Shown here one piece after another: positions 40,130-44,442 of a stretch of 44,442 nucleotides of DNA. How positions within the stretch are numbered: the stretch's first letter is position 1; the number at the start of each line of letters is the position of its first letter. Origin of the DNA: Comamonadaceae bacterium (GTDB lineage: Bacteria > Pseudomonadota > Gammaproteobacteria > Burkholderiales > Burkholderiaceae_C); assembly GCA_947508145.1 (NCBI GenBank), contig CANNRV010000001.1, positions 1-44,442 on the forward strand, given 5' to 3'. Made by a program: the position numbers and the translations under genes. The notes under the pieces are model-generated. The model did no database searches, was not told where the DNA came from, and saw nothing but the letters and a program-made list of their open reading frames with translations.

Positions 40130-40987
40130 ATGAACGTGGACTGGATGTTGTTGATCAAAGCCGCCGTCATGGGCGTGGTCGAAGGTTTGACCGAGTTTTT
40201 ACCCATCTCTTCAACCGGTCATTTGATATTGGCCGGGGCCTTGCTAGGTTTTGACGACGAGAAAGCCAAGGTGTTTGATATCGCTATTCAGACCGGTGCC
40301 ATTTTTGCAGTGGTCTTGGTGTTCTGGGAAAAAATACGCGGCACCGTGCTTGCTCTGCCTTCGCAAAGAATGGCGCGGCGTTTCGCACTGAACATATTCA
40401 TCGCGTTTCTACCCGCTGTTGTGCTGGGTTTGTTGTTCGGCAAAATCATCAAAGCCTATTTGTTCATTCCTACCGTGGTTGCATCCACATTCATACTGGG
40501 CGGCTTGGTGATTTTGTGGGTTGAGCGCTGGGGCAGACAATCATTGCAAGATGCGCATCCGGATGACCAAGCGCGCATTGTCAATGTCGAATCCATGTCG
40601 CCGCTGGATGCATTGAAAGTTGGTTTGGTGCAGTGCCTGGCGATGGTGCCCGGCACCAGTCGCAGCGGGGCCACCATCATCGGCGGCATGTTGCTTGGGC
40701 TGTCTCGCAAAGCCGCTACCGAGTTTTCTTTTTACCTGGCCATTCCCACGTTGATAGGTGCGGGTGTTTACAGCTTGTACAAAGAACGCGCTTTACTCAG
40801 CTTGGCCGATGTGCCTTTGTTCGCGGTTGGCTTGGTGTTTTCGTTCATCAGCGCGTGGCTGTGTGTGCGTTGGTTGTTGCGCTATATCTCTACACACAAC
40901 TTTGTGCCATTCGCCTGGTACCGGATTGCCTTCGGTGCAGTGGTGTTGATCACTGCTCAACAGGGTTGGATTCTCTGGCAAGCTTGA
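40130..40987 (+). CDS. uppP: Undecaprenyl-diphosphate phosphatase
   Basis: [27 protein letters not shown] and ATEFSF motifs. The true start may be GTG 40136. Confidence 0.96.
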   Translation: MNVDWMLLIKAAVMGVVEGLTEFLPISSTGHLILAGALLGFDDEKAKVFDIAIQTGAIFAVVLVFWEKIRGTVLALPSQRMARRFALNIFIAFLPAVVLGLLFGKIIKAYLFIPTVVASTFILGGLVILWVERWGRQSLQDAHPDDQARIVNVESMSPLDALKVGLVQCLAMVPGTSRSGATIIGGMLLGLSRKAATEFSFYLAIPTLIGAGVYSLYKERALLSLADVPLFAVGLVFSFISAWLCVRWLLRYISTHNFVPFAWYRIAFGAVVLITAQQGWILWQA

Positions 40988-40993
40988 AAGAAT

Positions 40994-41854
40994 TTATTTT
41001 GCAGTTGTGAGGCTGAGCATATTCAAAATACTCGTTTCAATAGCTGCTGCCGTGACCAAAGGTTTTTCCATGGGCACCAGGTGTGTGCCGTCAATCATGC
41101 AAATGCGGCCCTTGGTGATTTTTTTAGAAAACTCGGTGCCAGCTAATCGCATTTCCCGCGAATGACGCGCTGCCACCAGACTGACTGGACAAGTCAACGG
41201 GTATTGCTTTAGCAAGCGCTCCAGGTTGTGCGGCACGCTTTCATAAATCAGGGTTTCAATGTGTCTGTCAAAGCTCAGCACGCGTTTACTGCCATGGGCT
41301 GAGTGCTCTTCGTGTGTGCCGTGAACCACATAGTCGTTCAACACTTGCGGGTCCCAGCGCGCAAACACTTTCTTTGAAGCGAAATGCGCAAACGCTTCTT
41401 CCACCGAAGTCCATTCATTTCGTCTCTTGCGGCTGATGGCTCCGGGCGAAAACTTTTTATTGAAAGAAAACGTTTTAGACAGTTGCAACACTTTGGCCTG
41501 CAAGCCGCCAACCGCTGGTGCGTCCACCATCACCACGGCGTGTGCGATGTCAGGGAATTGCGCTGCCAACATCAGACTGAGCATGCCGCCCAGTGAGTGA
41601 CCCACCAATACCACCGGGCCGGTGTGCGCATCAATCAGTGGTTTGGCAAATGCATGAATTTCTTGCACCAGATGCGGCCAGTTGCTGGTGACCGGGTAAT
41701 CCGGGTTGTGACCAATTTTCTCCAGTGCTTGTACTTGCATGCCGCGTCTGCGCAAATCATTCAACATCACGTTGTAAGTGCTGGCAGGAAAACTGTTGCC
41801 GTGGAAAAAAAGAACCAGCGGTTGACCGGCGGGTACATCAGGGTAAACAGTCAT
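40994..41854 (-). CDS. Alpha/beta fold hydrolase
   Basis: FFHGNSF oxyanion loop, VGHSLGG nucleophile elbow and GTHLVPME catalytic His. Confidence 0.88.
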   Translation of the reverse strand: MTVYPDVPAGQPLVLFFHGNSFPASTYNVMLNDLRRRGMQVQALEKIGHNPDYPVTSNWPHLVQEIHAFAKPLIDAHTGPVVLVGHSLGGMLSLMLAAQFPDIAHAVVMVDAPAVGGLQAKVLQLSKTFSFNKKFSPGAISRKRRNEWTSVEEAFAHFASKKVFARWDPQVLNDYVVHGTHEEHSAHGSKRVLSFDRHIETLIYESVPHNLERLLKQYPLTCPVSLVAARHSREMRLAGTEFSKKITKGRICMIDGTHLVPMEKPLVTAAAIETSILNMLSLTTAK

Positions 41855-41867
41855 CAGTGTGTGGGTC

Positions 41868-44442
41868 TCAAAGTAATTTTTTCAAAGCATACAAAGCATC
41901 AAGCGCTTCACGCGGACTCAAGGTGTCGGGGTCAAGTTGGGACAGTTTGGCTTGCAAGGGCGAGGGACCAGCGTCTATGGCTTCAGGCGGTTCAGCAAAT
42001 AAATCGACTTGGGCTCTTGTGTTTTGCGCATCTGTTTCCAATGCTGCCAGCGCATGTTTGGCATGGTTCAACACGCTGGTCGGCATGCCCGCCAAACGCG
42101 CGACTTGTATGCCGTAACTGCGGCTCGCCGGGCCGGGTTGTATTTCGTGCAAAAACACAATGTCATTGCCGCTCTCAGCTGCGCTCACATGCACATTCAC
42201 TGCCGAGCGGTGCGTAGCTGCAAATTCAGTTAACTCAAAATAATGCGTGGCAAACAAACTGTAGGACTGCGATTTGTCGTGCAGGTAAGTGGCTATGCCA
42301 CTGGCCAGCGCCAGTCCATCGAAGGTAGATGTGCCGCGACCGATCTCATCCATCAACACCAAACTGTTGGGAGTCGCGGCATTCAAAATTTGCGCACCCT
42401 CGGTCATCTCCAGCATGAAGGTGGATTGCGCATTGGCTAAATCATCTGCTGCGCCAATGCGCGTGTGTATGGCATCGATAGGACCGATGCGACAAGCAGT
42501 TGCTGGCACATGGCTGCCAATGCTGGCGAGCAGCACAATCAAAGCCACTTGACGCATGTAAGTGGATTTACCGCCCATGTTTGGCCCGGTGATGATTTGC
42601 ATGCGCTGTGTCGGGCCGAGTTGCGTGTCATTGGCAATGAAGCTGCCACCTGTTTCTGCCAACCGCGCTTCGACCACCGGGTGTCTGCCTTGTGTGATGC
42701 TGATGCCCGGCGTGTTCACCAGTTCCGGTGCGCACCAGTTGAGTGTCAAAGAACGTTCACTGAGCGTGGACAGCACGTCCAAAGTAGACAAAGCCCAAGC
42801 CACTTGCGACAGCGCAGGCACATACTGTTGCAGGTCGTCCAGCAATTGTTCGAAAAGAAATTTTTCGCGCGACAGCGCACGTTCTTGCGCTGACAACGCC
42901 TTGTCTTCAAAGGCTTTCAACTCCGGCGTGATAAAGCGCTCTGCATTTTTTAATGTTTGTCTGCGACGGTAGTCGTCCGGCACACGTTCCAGTTGTCCTT
43001 GGCTGACCTCGATGTAAAAACCATGCACCCGGTTGAATTGCACTTTCAAATTGTGAATGCCGGTGCGTTCGCGTTCGCGCACTTCCAGTTCCAGCAAAAA
43101 ACTGTCGCCGTGGTTTTGTATGTTGCGAAGTTCATCGAGTTCGGCATCAAAGCCATGGTTGATGACACCACCGTCACGCACTAACGCCGACGGTTCGGGC
43201 AGCAAAGCAGCCTGCAACAGGGCTGCGCATTCAGGCGGCGACACCAGCGATTTGCTGAGTGTTTGCAGCCAGGGCGTGTCTGCTGCTTCGCTCAAGACAG
43301 CGGGCAAATGAGCAGCACGTTGCAATGCCGAACCGAGTGCCACCAGCTCGCGCGGTCGCACCTGGCGCAAAGCAATGCGCGCGCTGATGCGTTGCACATC
43401 GCCTAAGCCTTTCAAGGCTGTGCGCAATTCGCGCCACACACCTGCACCGTGTTCGCCTTGCAATGCCGCAATCGCTTCAAGACGCTGTTGTGCTATTGAA
43501 CGTTCACGCGGCAGCTCTAACAGCCAACGTTTCAATGTGCGGCTGCCCATACCGGTCATACAGGTGTCCAGCAAGGAAAACAAAGTGGGGCTGTCTTCGC
43601 CGCGCAATGTTTGCGTCAACTCCAAATTGCGCCGCGTGGTAGCGGGTAAATCGATGCGTTCTTCATGGCGTTCGACACGCAGTTTTTGCACATGTGTGAG
43701 GCTGCGACCTTGCGTGTGCTCGGCGTAAGACAACAGTGCAGAGGCTGCTGCGTGTGCTTGCACCAGGTCTTGCGCTTGCCAGGCTTCTAAGGATGCAGCA
43801 TGCAATTGTTCAAGCAGTTTGCGTTGACCTAAAGTGCTGTCAAACGCCCACGAGGGCCGCTCGGACTTGACGTTCACACTGGACAGCAAGGGCAGCAAAT
43901 GGGCGGGTAACTCGCTGCTGAAAATCACTTCGCTGGGCGCGATGCGTGCGATCCATGCGGGCAATTGATCGGCAGCGCATTCAGCCAAGCGCAATTCACC
44001 TTCGGTCACGCTCAGCCAAGCCAAGCCGCAGCCAGCAGATTTGCCTGCGCGTTCACTGGCGTGCACCGCCAACACATAGGCCTCGGTTTTGTCGTTCAAC
44101 AATTCCGCATCGGTCAAAGTGCCGGGCGTGACCACGCGAACCACTTTGCGCTCGACCGGGCCTTTGCCACCGACTTCGCCCACTTGTTCGCAAATGGCGA
44201 CCGATTCGCCAAGCTTGATCAAGCGCGACAAATAACTGTCCGCCGAATGAAAAGGCACACCGGCCATGACCACCGGCTGCCCGGCGGACTGACCGCGTTG
44301 TGTCAAGGTGATGTCTAACAGGCGAGCGGCTTTTTCCGCGTCTTCAAAAAACAGTTCATAAAAATCGCCCATGCGATAAAACAGCAGCGTACTGGGAAAG
44401 TCTGCTTTCAGACCCAGGTACTGCTGCATCATGGGGGTGTGC
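41868..44442 (-). CDS. mutS: DNA mismatch repair protein MutS, 5' end outside the window
   Basis: [54 protein letters not shown] and SYGIQVA motifs. Confidence 0.98.
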   Translation of the reverse strand, partial: HTPMMQQYLGLKADFPSTLLFYRMGDFYELFFEDAEKAARLLDITLTQRGQSAGQPVVMAGVPFHSADSYLSRLIKLGESVAICEQVGEVGGKGPVERKVVRVVTPGTLTDAELLNDKTEAYVLAVHASERAGKSAGCGLAWLSVTEGELRLAECAADQLPAWIARIAPSEVIFSSELPAHLLPLLSSVNVKSERPSWAFDSTLGQRKLLEQLHAASLEAWQAQDLVQAHAAASALLSYAEHTQGRSLTHVQKLRVERHEERIDLPATTRRNLELTQTLRGEDSPTLFSLLDTCMTGMGSRTLKRWLLELPRERSIAQQRLEAIAALQGEHGAGVWRELRTALKGLGDVQRISARIALRQVRPRELVALGSALQRAAHLPAVLSEAADTPWLQTLSKSLVSPPECAALLQAALLPEPSALVRDGGVINHGFDAELDELRNIQNHGDSFLLELEVRERERTGIHNLKVQFNRVHGFYIEVSQGQLERVPDDYRRRQTLKNAERFITPELKAFEDKALSAQERALSREKFLFEQLLDDLQQYVPALSQVAWALSTLDVLSTLSERSLTLNWCAPELVNTPGISITQGRHPVVEARLAETGGSFIANDTQLGPTQRMQIITGPNMGGKSTYMRQVALIVLLASIGSHVPATACRIGPIDAIHTRIGAADDLANAQSTFMLEMTEGAQILNAATPNSLVLMDEIGRGTSTFDGLALASGIATYLHDKSQSYSLFATHYFELTEFAATHRSAVNVHVSAAESGNDIVFLHEIQPGPASRSYGIQVARLAGMPTSVLNHAKHALAALETDAQNTRAQVDLFAEPPEAIDAGPSPLQAKLSQLDPDTLSPREALDALYALKKLL

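Overview
Chromosomal window from a betaproteobacterium. Gene order and protein signatures point to Comamonadaceae, possibly a Limnohabitans-like freshwater lineage (inference). Most of it is housekeeping: apaH (partial), a HlyC/CorC-family transporter, fbp, pepN, prfB (programmed +1 frameshift), cobA-ybiB, tsaD, an aminotransferase, rpsO-pnp-tpiA-secG, tRNA-Leu(GAG), a complete nuoA-N operon, a nitroreductase, glnS, a vapBC toxin-antitoxin pair, uppP, an alpha/beta hydrolase and mutS (partial). The most unusual part is an accessory-looking block at about 2.0-7.9 kb, with two arms running outward from one intergenic region. The leftward arm has a PpaA/AerR-like cobalamin-binding sensor with no ppsR or photosynthesis genes nearby, followed by a 503-aa protein built from about 29 tandem 12-residue LxDNxQxL repeats. 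The rightward arm has a Tat-signal small subunit, an FAD/[3Fe-4S]-type GMC dehydrogenase, a ribbon-helix-helix regulator with an N-terminal Cys, and a long Zn-type glyoxalase I. This is a candidate aldehyde/dicarbonyl sensing and detoxification system, possibly linked to light or B12. Also seen: a 47-aa basic small ORF missing from the ORF track, a recurring leaderless-mRNA promoter layout at six genes, a long pnp-leader stem, and a vapBC operator palindrome. No CRISPR, IS element, integrase or prophage was seen. Family assignments come from motif recognition only, with no database search.
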